A stretch of DNA of 64,000 nt, from positions 2,852,001 to 2,916,000 of the forward strand of contig CM120642.1 in assembly GCA_051362555.1 (NCBI GenBank), written 5' to 3'. Under the pieces are notes generated by a model that saw only the letters and a program-made list of their open reading frames with translations, did not search any database and had not been told where the DNA came from. Made by a program: the position numbers and the translations under genes. Below are positions 1-12,742 of the stretch, one piece after another; the first letter of the stretch is position 1, and each line of letters begins with the position of its first letter. This DNA comes from Lingula anatina (Eukaryota > Animalia > Brachiopoda).

Positions 1-118
1 ATAGTTTCATAAAAGTCAAAATGGAAATTTTTCTATGGAAAAGATTTCTCATGGCCTCTAGATAAGATGGCAAAACAGAGCAATTCTTGACAGAGAGATA
101 AAGCAACGAGAGTCATGT

Positions 119-284
119 ATCTATGGACCTTGATCATGTGAATGGTGATTTTGCACCTGAATGTAGTACCTAGGAAACAGTGCGCAATGGTAAACACTAG
201 GAACTGTGGATTATAATAGCAACTTCCTATTGTTTATCATAGCTTCCTGATTCCTAGGTCCATTGGCTGTCAAAGTCCATAGAT
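119..284. mobile_element. Decayed fold-back element
   Basis: ATCTATGGAC...GTCCATAGAT outer inverted repeat with an inner CCTAGGAA...TTCCTAGG stem. Confidence 0.45.
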
Positions 285-569
285 TGTGGAGCATAATGTA
301 GCATGTGACTTTCACACAGTAATTTAGTCTTTTAGTCATGTATCAAGACCTTTTTTCAGTGAAACAATATATAAATACAAGCAATGTGTTTCTCACCATT
401 TTATGACTGGATTTTCTCTAAACTCAATATCCGGGATCATATAGACATGTTTTGTGGCATTGGCATCACAATTACTGAGATCAATACTGGAATACACAAA
501 GACATTTTAGACATGATATGTATCATACTCACTTATAATCATATATACACATTCAAGTATTTTGAGTAA

Positions 570-816
570 GGTTTCATCCATTTTTATCATTGTTTTCACA
601 AGTCCACAAACCGTACGCTGGGGGTGGGGGAGGGAGAGGGTTAATACCCTCTGTACACTTATGGAAAAATAATAAAAATAGAATAAAATGATTATCTTCA
701 ATCCACAGGGGTATGCTGGACAAAGGTAATCATTTTTTATTTTTCACCCTGTACTCTATGGAAACAAGCCTACTCTTTGTACACTTGTAAACATGATGAT
801 AAAAATGGATGACTCC
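570..816. mobile_element. MITE with 21-bp TIRs and TAA TSD (PIF/Harbinger-like)
   Basis: GGTTTCATCCATTTTTATCAT ... ATGATAAAAATGGATGACTCC, with TAA on both sides. Confidence 0.7.
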
Positions 817-1864
817 TAAAGGTATACCCTCCCCAACATTTTTTTTTCAAAATAACTTGTCGCCAAGTATTGTATTTTCTAGGCACCACATAAAGCAGTC
901 CAATTATTCTAGCAAACATTTGTACAAACTGTTACCATGAAGTTGTTAATTTTCATCTATAACAGGAGTACATTTATTTGGATTTCGAATTGCAATTAAG
1001 TCATGATGTATTATCAATACACGAGTACAATCAGACTTAAGCTAAAAACCACCTGACTAAGCAAATAATAGTGTTCAACTAAATGATCCAGTCAATTTAT
1101 CTCAGAGTTGAAATCAATACAAGTTCTGTGAAGCAGGACGGATGTTTTAGCATTAACCATTATTGAAGATAGAGCATTTCTTCTGTGGGCATTTCTAATT
1201 TTGAAGGACACGTGGCCATTACATCCGTCAATATACTTAAATATTTTCTCCCTAATTCTGAAATATAATGGCATATTTTGCGCTCTACTTAAGTGCGTAT
1301 CTCACTGATGAACTTTCCAGTTATTTTGGGCATTATTAATAACACTTCAAAAGCCATTATCAGAGAATACCACTTTATAGAAGTGAGATATTAAACTGGC
1401 TGATGGCCCTTCAATGACCTGCATGCCTACATACTCACACAGAAAACAGAATAGCCAATAATATATGCTACATTTGCCTTCAATTATTCAACTCAAGATA
1501 TGAAGGCTACCTAATGGAGATCATTTGTGGTATAAGAACACATATTTATCTGCTGCAAATTCCATACTATAATTGCTTTGCAGGCAGGCAGCGCAGATTT
1601 AGAAAGTGAAAACGGTATGGTACCAAAGCACTTTATCCCCTTTTATGTGATGTTTTCTACTAGGGGAAACTACTGCCAGAAAGGGTCTCTTGGTTGGGGA
1701 CGTATGTCCATGGTCATTTCACACAACTTATTGAAATACAGTACATGTACTTGTCTTGCAGAAAGAAAGAGAATGTGTATAGGTAATCATGATAAAAATA
1801 TACCAAACTATGAAAGACACATTGTTCTATTTCTTTAAGAATGAAAGCATGCTTAAAAGGTACA

Positions 1865-2300
1865 CTCCATGGGATTTTCCTGACAAATTAATTTCTAGAG
1901 ATTCTCTTCACATGTTTGAAATACCTTAATTATATTCATGTCAAGTAAAGCTTCTTATATTCCCCAATTCAGATAAAATGTATCTGAAGTGTACCTTGTG
2001 TTGTTATCATTTTTCTTTTTCACTGTTGGTTAGCCATTACCAGCTTGTAACGTCTGTATTATACACGGCACAGGGCCGTGATACAAAACACCCTGCCACT
2101 TTCTTGTGTAAAAATGAGGAAATCTGCATGACAGCAGACGTATTTATAATGATGGGCCAATCATTATAAATTAAATAAGCAACTTAAAAATGGAATAAAA
2201 TATCAAATACAACTGCAGGGATGGGTGAAGAAATAATTTGTGAGTAGATGATTGAACTTTACTCTAGGAAAATACATTTTGGCAGCAAAATCCCATGGAG
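1865..2300. mobile_element. Decayed MITE with ~37-bp imperfect TIRs
   Basis: CTCCATGGGATTTT...CTAGAG at left is the imperfect reverse complement of CTCTAG...AAAATCCCATGGAG at right. TSD unclear. Confidence 0.55.
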
Positions 2301-2948
2301 CTGACACTAAACTAACTCAAGGAAATAATTTGAAGTAAAATTGAACTTTTTTTCTCATGTGAATTCAACCAAATACTTGGCCGTCTACTCAACTTCAGTC
2401 TATCACTGTAACCAGTTACATAACTCATACTTCATCCATACATAAGCTTACATTACAAACAAAAGTTTTTCTGGCTCAGACAGCCTTTTCATTTAACCCG
2501 ACCAAAGTGACACCAGAATATTACTTGCAATCAGCAATGAAAATGAGACAGGAATATTACCAGTACTTGCAATCAACGATAAAAAAAGAGACAGGAATAT
2601 TAGCTACAAAATTGATATCGCATGCAATTTTGTACACAGCAGAGTCTACGGTGATTACTAAGTATGTGAGGCATCTCGAATTATTGATGACTGCTTGATA
2701 ACGGCTTAATATGATGGACATTTTATTGGTGGTTCTATCAACACAACATTACAGAAATTGACATTCTGTCAAAAGTTGCTGCCAGAACATGGAAATGGGT
2801 CATTACAGATAATAATGAAGCCATCTCAGCAAAATGTTGCGTAAACATGAAATATACATATTACATACATGAACAGATCATAAACACAGCAGCAAGGCAG
2901 ACAGCTCATAAATGTACATCACACACAATTTCATGGTTAGAAGCCTAT

Positions 2949-3132
2949 GAGCACACTCAGAACAGCAGACTAACAGATCCGCAGATCAAATATGGCTGAC
3001 CGACTTGAACGTTTGTTGCATAATCCCCGCAGGGAGTCTATTCAATGTCTAATTGGAAATTAAGCGGCAAGCTTTTTAGTGACTGCCATATTTGATTCGC
3101 AGATCTGTTAGTCCTCTTTTCTGAATGCACTC
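2949..3132. mobile_element. Fold-back MITE, same family as 40344-40530
   Basis: GAGCACACTCAGAA...TTCTGAATGCACTC with TAT on both flanks. Alignable over its full length with 40344-40530. Confidence 0.75.
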
Positions 3133-4531
3133 TATAAAACAGTTACACCAATGATTAAAACTAAACTGAAAAATAAATAATACACAGTTTTCTTTTGCAA
3201 AATCCAACAAGTTGCAGTTAATTAACATGTATCTGAAAATCTGATTTTGGAAAACTGGAAATCTCATGCCGAGTCAACAGAAAACATTCTCCAATTGATG
3301 GCCAATTTACAAATATTTTTCAAAGAAATGGCTTGCATGCATCATTTACAGTTTGGTACAATTTCAAAGCTCTGGCTACATACAAAGTAACACATCATTT
3401 GAAAAAGGTTGCACTTTAAAATTGGACATATTCAGAATCACCAAAATAGGAACTATATAAAGAATGTAAATTAACTGTCTATATGATGAATCACCTTTAC
3501 TAATAACACCTAGTATCATGATATATCATTTCAGATATACAATGGAGTCATTACGATTGCATGCTTGAGCTAATGTAATGGTGATCTTCTGAACGACGGC
3601 TTCACCCAATAATATCTTGCTGGTCAACATAAATGTTAAATACACATTGCAAAATAATGTCTAATATATAATTAATACATCAATCACAGAAATGTGATAC
3701 ATACAACTCATTCTGAAGTGAAATGGAAAATAGGGCTGACCTTGACCAATGCAAGGTCTACCCACATGACATAGTGGTCTAGTATATATATGATGGTTTT
3801 AGTATATAACATGGTTGAGTTATCAGGTTCAGTAACCTATGCTGGTTTAGTAAAATTCTATAGCAACCTCAGTGATGTAAATGAGAATAAGGTAAATCAA
3901 TCACAAATCTAGCCTAAGAATGCAATGAAATTCCTTTATTCTGAATATCTGTAAGGTGGTCCACTATACTGTAACACAAACAGAAAGATGCAGGCCTACA
4001 CCATAGTCTACAAAGCTGTACAACTCACATGCTGAAGTAGATTTACATGCACAGCTTTTCTGAAACTAAACTAGAATGTAGAAATACATGGCATCACGTA
4101 ATGATAGCCACAAATGGAGAAGAAAACAGACCAACAGGCAGGCAGACAAATAGAAGAACTTGATCCTCGGGATAGGGGTTATATACTAAACGTAAAAGTA
4201 TTTTACAATTGATTAAATGGGATTATAATGTTAACACAACAACAAACCCCCTCTTCCTTGAATTTACTGCACAACATATGAAGATGAGTGATGAAAAAAC
4301 AAACAAAAAAAAAAAAAAAAAAAAACAAAGTAAAAATGAAAACAGCAATAAGACCAAATATTATAATACCAAGAAGTGGCAGGTATAACATGCTTTCATA
4401 CAAGACACTCCACGTACATGTATTATCTACACATCATCTAACTAATAACACCTAAACATAATGACCATAAGTTTCAACTTTCTGCTTTCTACACCCAAAT
4501 CCAAACTGAAGTTAACCTACTAGTATATAGC

Positions 4532-4771
4532 TAGAGCACACAAGTCAATAACTTGATGGCCTCACATAATTTTTGTTCACACCATGACCTTCCTCAGAAA
4601 GAGAAAAAGTTTAAACTTATGATCATGATCAGCAAACTACTAGTACACAGATGAATTGCCATCAGAGTTACACCAAAACATATATTGAGTACATGGTACC
4701 ATGAATTCATTCGCGGGTCATCTGTCATCACCCTGGCAACATAGAGCACACAAGTCAATAACTTGATGGCC
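4532..4771. repeat. Exact 30-bp direct repeat, 210 bp apart
   Basis: TAGAGCACACAAGTCAATAACTTGATGGCC at 4532-4561 and 4742-4771. Confidence 0.85.
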
Positions 4772-5452
4772 AAATTAAAAATACGAATGCGCAGACCTAA
4801 AGAGAAATATATAGGTTTTCAACATAAATATCATATCATGTTCACCAAGGTGATCTACAAAAATAATTCATAACATTATTGTTCTTAGGAAAAATATTTA
4901 TCTATTCATTAGGAAATCAATATTCTCTTTTGTGAAAAGGTTTTGGTTAGACTTTCCATTGCGGTTACTGGTAATGTAAGACGATGCAGTAAAGAATTTT
5001 TCTAAAATTGTGCAAATCAAACAAAAACCAGACTAATCCCAGTAATTCAACATGTTTGTACATGAAGAGAAAAGATTAGTGATGACTCCATTCAGAAGGC
5101 AAAGTTAATAATGTAGATTATGTAGTGTAATCCATTTTAAGTTAGATTTTATAATCAAAATGGCCTTGAATGGATATAAATATAAATAATAATATGAATA
5201 ATTATAGTAGCTCATACTTACATAAACTTACCAAAATAACAGTAAAAATGCATTTTGTAAGGAAAGAATTACTATCTTATCTTTACCAGTATCCAAAGAA
5301 AAAACAGGGCATCTGTAGTTGAAACTTATGCCTCAAGCTGCAATATAAAAGGTTACCTGCGGTTTCTTAGAATGAGAGCTAGTTCTAATTCTAAGAAATT
5401 AGGTAACAATTGTAAGGAAGTTTCTGTGAATAACAGGGTCTGAATGACTTAC

Positions 5453-5532
5453 TGGATCTTTGATTCTTAATAAAGTAAAGCTGCAGCCTCTCCTTGAATG
5501 ACTTCTCATTGGTGAAGTACTCCACACGCACT
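5453..5532 (-). CDS. KCNT: Slo2/KCNT potassium channel, second coding exon; gene continues beyond the window start
   Basis: tttttcag|A GTG CGT... gives RVRVEYFTNEKSFKERLQLYFIKNQRS+A|gtaagt. This closely matches KCNT1/2 [28 protein letters not shown]. 80 nt with canonical AG/GT ends. No further exon was recognised in 1-5452. Confidence 0.93.
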
Positions 5533-5897
5533 CTGAAAAATACCAGATTGAACCATTCATTTACCAGAATTACATGTTGTATACAGTAATTACTTTGAAA
5601 TTTCAAATGCCTCTGTTTTTAATTTTTAAATGAGATCATTTTAGACACTTCTTAAAATTTAATTTCATTTCCAAAAACCTTACACTTTTAAAAGTTTTGA
5701 ATCAATATTTTTCTGTAATACTAACAAAAAATTGATGATTTAACAACTGATGTTTAAATCTATTGAATAATTACTAAAGCACTTCTGTGCCTTGTTATAC
5801 CAGTAATGAATACATTACAGACAGATCAGGAGTTGTGAATTTTATTCACAACTTTTTGGATGAGTAATTTCTTAGTAAGAGGAATTTTAAAGTATTA

Positions 5898-6155
5898 GGC
5901 TTCGTTCACATGGAAAGTCTATTTTCTAAAAATCTATTTTCTATTCGCGGTATCTTATGATCACGGTCTGTGTCCTGAATATCCCACGGCGTAATTATTG
6001 GCAGCGCGAGCCAGTTACTTATAGTAACTTATAGTAACTGGCTCGCGCTGCCAGTAATTACGCCGCGGGATATTAAGGGCACAGACCGTGATCATAAGAC
6101 ATACCGCGAATAGAAAATAGAATTTAGAAAATAGACATTGCATGTGAATGAAGCC
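5898..6155. mobile_element. Near-perfect palindromic MITE (~120-bp arms)
   Basis: GGCTTCGTTCACATG...CATGTGAATGAAGCC with TTA/TAA flanks. Arms pair almost to the centre, which has a small AACTTATAGT-type duplication. Confidence 0.8.
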
Positions 6156-9100
6156 TAAGTCTAACCTTACAAGCATGTACCACGATACATTTAGCCACTC
6201 ACTCAAAATAATTTAACTTTTCAAAAATCGCAGCTCGTTATCAGAAGCTCTTCTTTAAAAAGTTTCCAATAAATACTTACTAAGGTTTATCCAGAAATAA
6301 AAAAAAGCACAAAGTCATGCTAACCTTAGGCAAGATACACAATAGTACTCCAGAAAATAAACTGGTGATTCAGTCTTTAAGGCTTTTTTCATTATTATTT
6401 CAAGTTTCTTCCAATAATTTACCTACTAGTAAAGTACTTCACTTAAAACTAAAATTCCTAATCATTTATTTAAAAAACTGTGTGAAAGATCTCAACATCA
6501 CTACTCTATCTTTGAATTTGTAAACTTCTGAATTTTCAGCAATTTAGTTCACATTTAAATTTTGACCATTAATATTTTATTCAAAATTGTTGTGCTACAA
6601 ATGTATTATACGTATCACCACTCTCTACTATCAGCAGGATTAATTGTTTTTTTCTGCAGTTTATACAAGGTTTAGCTTTTTTGGCCTTAAAACAGCTCTT
6701 AATTCCTTTGTGACAGAGATAATCAATTAGGATAAGCCTGGTTGGCAACTTGGCAAAAAATGACCACAGTGACTCTCAGCGTGCATAAATAATGATTCAG
6801 AAATATTCTCAATTTGATGACAGGCCATTAGGCACTGTATCAAATACCAGTTAAATACCAGATTCCTGTTTTACATGCCTTCTCATTTATTTACAATGAA
6901 AAATGTTAGAAGCAGACAAAATCACTTGATAATCATAGACTTTACCAAAGCCTTTCATGCAGTCAGCAAAACAATCCCCTTTTGGCTCCTTTCTAAAGAA
7001 CAGCATTTTAAAATATTGGAGCTTATTTCTAGCAACATAAGAAAGCACTCAATGAAGATATTAACCATCTGACACAATGTCTCAATTTGTATGACATTAA
7101 AAAAAGAAAAATATATCCACATTTCACAAATGTGCCCATCTGTAACAGGCTTAACTGTCCTGTGAATTAAGAAATGAAATTTGTTTGATACCAAGAGGCA
7201 GTTTTCCAGAGAATCCAAAATTTCTTAATTTTAGATATTAAAGATATACTAGTGTACAACTACTAGTAAACATACAGTAAAACACCACAATTAAGTGGGC
7301 CACATGCAGGCCATATGAAAGTCCCTTTCTATTATTAAACCCAACACTTCATTAAACCCAATCAAATTCAGCTGTATTCATGATGAGCTATCAACTTTTA
7401 AATGCTTGAACTCGGGTACATTTTAATCAGCTCAAGGCTGTCAGTGAATCATTTTTTTTCCACTGAAGCCACGCAGCTAAAACATACTAGCAATGTGATA
7501 TTGATATCCAAAGCTTACCAGGCTTACGTAAAGCCTCTCATTGAAAGAAATAACAGCTCAAAGCTGAGTCAATAAAAATTATTTCAAGGTATAAAACAAG
7601 CTTAGGCATAGAGTATTGGATACAATCGATAGTAGAATGCTAGTAACACAACAAAGAAAAAAGAAAAGTTCTGAGAACAATGATATTTCAAATGAATATG
7701 ATACGGATTTCTACAAGGAAACAACGGAAGCTGCCAACAGCCTCTTCCAAGAATCTTTAAACATGACATAAGTATCGCCAAACAGATAGGAAATCAGGTT
7801 TGAAAGTAGAATTGAATTATCAAGAGTTTTGCGAGGATCTTGAAACAAGACAAAAAATTCATATCCTGAATGCATTGAATTCTTTAACCTTTGTGTAGTA
7901 ATTGATTTTCTAGAATAAAAAAGCCTCTGTGCAACTAGCAACCATGTAAAGAATCCTTTATCAACATTCACAAATGAAATTTACCAGGCACTTTAGATGA
8001 AGCCATATGCAATACTTCTTTTAAAATCAGGTTAAAATACTAGGTTACATGTCTACAGGGACAGACTTCTATCGAGATGGTTCCTTTAGGACCAGACTTA
8101 AGCAGTTAGCAGAGAGCTTTTAAAGATGAAAATGCTTCCCTGTCATGATGAATGTCACATACAATGTATCATCTCCAAGGTAGCTTGTATTCAAGCCAGT
8201 AGAAATCACTTGAAAAAAGAAATTGATTAGATACGTATCATTAAAGGGCCGCAATCTACAGGGAATGTGCTGCTTAGCAAATCGTGCTCAGGTCAAATTA
8301 AACCAATTTATCGTCATGAAAGTTGATTATGAAAATGTGTGCAGTCAGCTAGCCATTTTATGGTGATCAGGAAGAAACCTGATCGTGACTTCAGGTAATC
8401 ATATCAGACTAAATCTCTTCAATCCTTGTTACGGAGGTCTGCAGCCAATCCCAATGCATGTAGTTTACCAACTACACTGTGTGTTACCAAGATAGTCAAG
8501 CACTGATCAATGTGCATGTTTTCAGTTGTCCAATAACTTATTGTGTGACATTAAATGTTTCATTTTGATGGCCTACACAAACTGTTAATTATACAGCTAA
8601 TCCAAAGCATAATACCACAGCAATTATCCAATCAATAAGTTTAAATAAATCATACATACACACAATATCAAATTCTGCATGAAATACGGATGCTGAAAAA
8701 ATATGATGCACTTCCAAATATGTACAAATATGGACAAAAAACATCACTGAGAGAGAATTAATGGAGTCTGGAATCTGACAAGACAATAATCAGGATGAAA
8801 GGCTTAGAACTTGGATATCTGACCTAATATCAGGGCATTTATTACATAGGTGGAGAACCTGGGTAGTCAAAACATAATGGCACCATTTGTCATTTCAAGC
8901 AAACTCTGTCTATACTGAGACATAGGAAACCCGAGCCAGACATGATACCAGGAATACTGGAGCCAGTGTCACAAAAGAATTGAATCACAAGTTCGATTTT
9001 AGGCTTATAGCAGGGATTTCTGGCCCAGTTAAAAATATACTAGTAAGTCAGTTCCCTAGCTAAGAAAGTGTTCATGGGTCTACAAGATTGCTGCACATAA

Positions 9101-9180
9101 CACTGTTTCTGATAGGGTAAGATGTGTGCATATGACCATGAAACATTGGTAACAAAGATGTTAGCCACTGAACTGACTCA

Positions 9181-9222
<42 letters not shown>

Positions 9223-11248
9223 TGAAACTGGGTCTGAACTCAGACAGTCAACTACTGGTGCATTTCTGAGCACAAATAACCAACTACAAAAAGTAAGAGT
9301 GTTTTATAGTCAAATGACTAAAACTTAATATGGTGTTCGACATACCTTACAACAGCTATTTTCACTGCTCAGAGTAAAAGTTGGGTGTCAAGACAAATAG
9401 CTTGGTCTTAAGGCCAAAATATCTATAGACAAACTGCCATTATGGTTCTGTGCTTAACTCAATCTAAATAACTAAAATCATAGCAGTCTCAGCTTTTAAT
9501 CTTTATAAAACAGGACTATAAATTGGTACTTTTTTTTGGTACCTTAGTACCATGTATAGTGTATTTTTTCCTGACAAAGAGGACGGGAACCAAATGACAA
9601 CTAAATATGTATCTCACTTTTGTCAACAACCAGAAAATTGGTTGCACCTTCCACAAATAGTGAGATATTATATATATATGCATTCTGCTCCAATGTTGTG
9701 TGACTTGCCATTGCCACATCTAGGAATGTATAAACTCTTGTCTCCCTATTACTGATCAGATGGTTGCACCAAACCAACATGTTCCTGCCAATAATGTCAT
9801 ACATTTCATCAATACTATCCACCAGGGACCCGCATTAAAACCACCACTACCTGTTAAAATACTATTTTAACACTGGAATTACTTAGCAAAATAAGAAACA
9901 TATGCTAAATTGGCTATGGAAAATGTACGATATTGACTTCTCGATATTGACTTCTCGTTTTGAACAAATTCAAATGATTTGGTTCACTGCTTATGAATTT
10001 GCCTTAAATGATCCCAGTGTTTGCCTGAAAACAAGTTCCCAGAACGCACCCAGTTCTGCCTATATTCATTGCTGCAGAACACTCTGGCTCTTTCCTGAAC
10101 ACAGCTGTTTTGTGGCTTCTCTTAATCTAATGTACAACTTGGAAGTTAGGAGAGCATTACTGCAACAACAAGATAAGTTGTTTCAATTGATCTTCATGAC
10201 AGGACAGGCAGTCAACTCCTAGCTCTTTTATTTCTTCCATGATTTTATGAAGCTCACAGAACACTACCAAGCAAACCAGACACTCTTACACACATAAAGC
10301 ATAAGTCTTATGATATCGAAAACAACAGATCTACAAAATAATAGCTACATATTTTTAATGGGCTGTTAGGGGATATTTGAGCTCACAGGGGAAAAGGTAA
10401 TTCCAGTGAGGAAATCTCTTCATTTAGATTCACATCTGATGGATGCTTCCACAGCTACATTGTGTTTAACTGTGGATGCAGAACAGATCAGTTGACACAA
10501 AATCCATAGTCTCTTTGTGTTGCATCAGGACAAGATGATCAGACTCTGTTGTCTCAGCTAAAACAAAATGACAATGTGACTTGGTGTGATGGTGACAGGT
10601 AGCACAGGTCAGAATAATCAGATTAAGAATCACCCTCTACCTCCAATAAGCTTATTGACAAAAGTCTTTCATGTGCAGTGGTGACTAAATAAAGCCATTC
10701 TCACTTTTAGCAATGCCTGTGAACTCGGACAAAACAGATATTTGTTTTTGTGTGCAGGGAGGCCTTGGCCATTCTCATTTTAGCTGTGCCTGCAAACTAT
10801 GACAAAACACAAAAAAGTAGTCATGCAACCTGACAATAAAATGATCTACGTGCAGATGCTATATATCTAGAGCTGAAATACTCAGAGATAGAAACAGCAA
10901 AGGCCAACACTTTGTGGAAACACTAGAACAATCTAAGCTTCATTTTTCTGGAAAATAAAAGAAAGCCTCCAAAAAGAGAAAACACCTCAACCTAGAAAGA
11001 CATCATAAGCTACAGATTGAGGATAAAAGCAACCAATATAATGTTTTTGTTTGTCAAAAAAACAAAAAAGTTCAGTGGCAGTTGCTGTCTCTTGTACCAG
11101 TACCATGAGGCAAGCTTTTTTTCTTCTTCTTCTTCATCTGTTTTCCTAGTTTGTAAAAAGGCAATGGTGCAAGTACAAAAGTTTAAGTGTCTTTATAGTA
11201 CCCAAGTCATTTTGTCCAGCTTACGAGGCCTCAGATCTCCATACTCAC

Positions 11249-11298
11249 CTTGGTTCATCCCCATTATCATCAAAGAAATGGTGAGTAAAAAATGACAT
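11249..11298 (-). CDS. KCNT: Putative alternative first coding exon of the Slo2/KCNT channel (MSFFTHHFFDDNGDEP-R)
   Basis: accATGT start context, 16 codons plus AG, then a full-consensus donor AG|GTGAGT. Phase 2, ending in AG like exon 18213-18313, so it splices in frame to exon 2. Confidence 0.55.
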
Positions 11299-12742
11299 GG
11301 TAGGTCTATGGGACGGATGCTCACTGGGAATTCAAACAAAATGCAGAACAATACCATGGTCTTATACAGAAGCACAACAAAGATGCAGGTTTGAAAAGCA
11401 TGCATGCACTAGCCCATTTATCCTTTTGCATCAGGTTGAGGCCATTTCCAAATTATCCTGGTGACTAATTTTTAGGCCTATCAAAATAAGTTATGCATCT
11501 GCTTCTACATTTATAACAAGCATTTTTTTTTTTTAATCTTTTCTTTAAGTTAATTGGTTGATATCATGGCTAATTGAACGATGTGCCTTTCAAACCCTAG
11601 CAAAATGTCTGGGCTCAAAACTAACTCAGAAGGTGCTAAATAAAGGTCACAATTTGTAAAGAGACAAAACACTTCAAAGCTTACGAGCTGTCACACAACT
11701 AAAGTATTTGGATAATTATATTACCTATAAACACAAGCAAACAGAAATTTCCAGAAATGTGAGCAAAATCAATACATTCATCAAGAAAATGGTTTCAGCG
11801 ACAGGTCACATAAATGACACAGCATCATGTTTCATATAGAACAATAAATTAATCAAGGTTCCAAGAAGATCTATGGATGCATTATCACATTCAAAAATCT
11901 CTCTTCCATCTCAAGCACTGAACTACAGTCATTTTTTCTTTTCATGCGATAGTGTAATTATTTGAAAAATGCATGTTTCTCCATCATAACCACCAAGTTC
12001 TTAGTTGTGTACATAACGCAGCCCTTGTTCAATCTAGATGTCAGAGTTTCATCAATAATACAATTCAATCAGTTTCCAAAAAAAACAATGCAAGCCTAGC
12101 AAAAGAGAGACAAAAGATACTTCACAGATTAACTTTACATCTAAAAAAAATATTAAAACTTCTGCATTGAAAAAATATTGTCTAGGCTTAGAATGATCTC
12201 TACACTAGATCACAATGTTCTCCCAGTCATAAAAGTCAAATCATTCCCCCAACAAGAGAACAATCCAGCTGTGAACATTTCCAGCAGAAATTATGGATTT
12301 TTTATCTCCAACCAAAGCTTAACATGTCCATAACTGTTGGTTTACGTTGCTCTGATGGCACATTAACCACTCAGCAGAGCACAATCATGCTGACTCGTGT
12401 TTTAGCAAAAACAAGGCCTCCTGGTTATAGATTTTAAATACCGCAATACAAATTAGAGTCATTGTTTTGTACTAGCCATTTTAATTCATTACAGCTCCAA
12501 TCTATGCTATATCTCATGTTAGCTGTTCGGGCCCAGCTGTTCTGGGACTGGTCTAGCTTACAACAAACTGGCAGTATGGGACATTAGGCACTGGTCCTAC
12601 GCCAGCAGCCAGTTAATTTTGTTTGGACCAGTACTAGAAGATTTTCTAGAATGTCTGAAATTAGGGGTCCGATATGGCCATTACACTTTTTTCTATAAAA
12701 GCATTCTATTTCTTTTTATTTGGTGTTTTAGGTGGTGACCAG

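Noticed and set aside
1871-1880. Perfect NF-kB-like site GGGATTTTCC
   Set aside because: A single 10-mer inside a MITE TIR, with no supporting context.
1-5452. Search for KCNT exon 3 (LRIRxFN..., first transmembrane segment)
   Set aside because: No matching exon was recognised. It is presumably beyond the window start.
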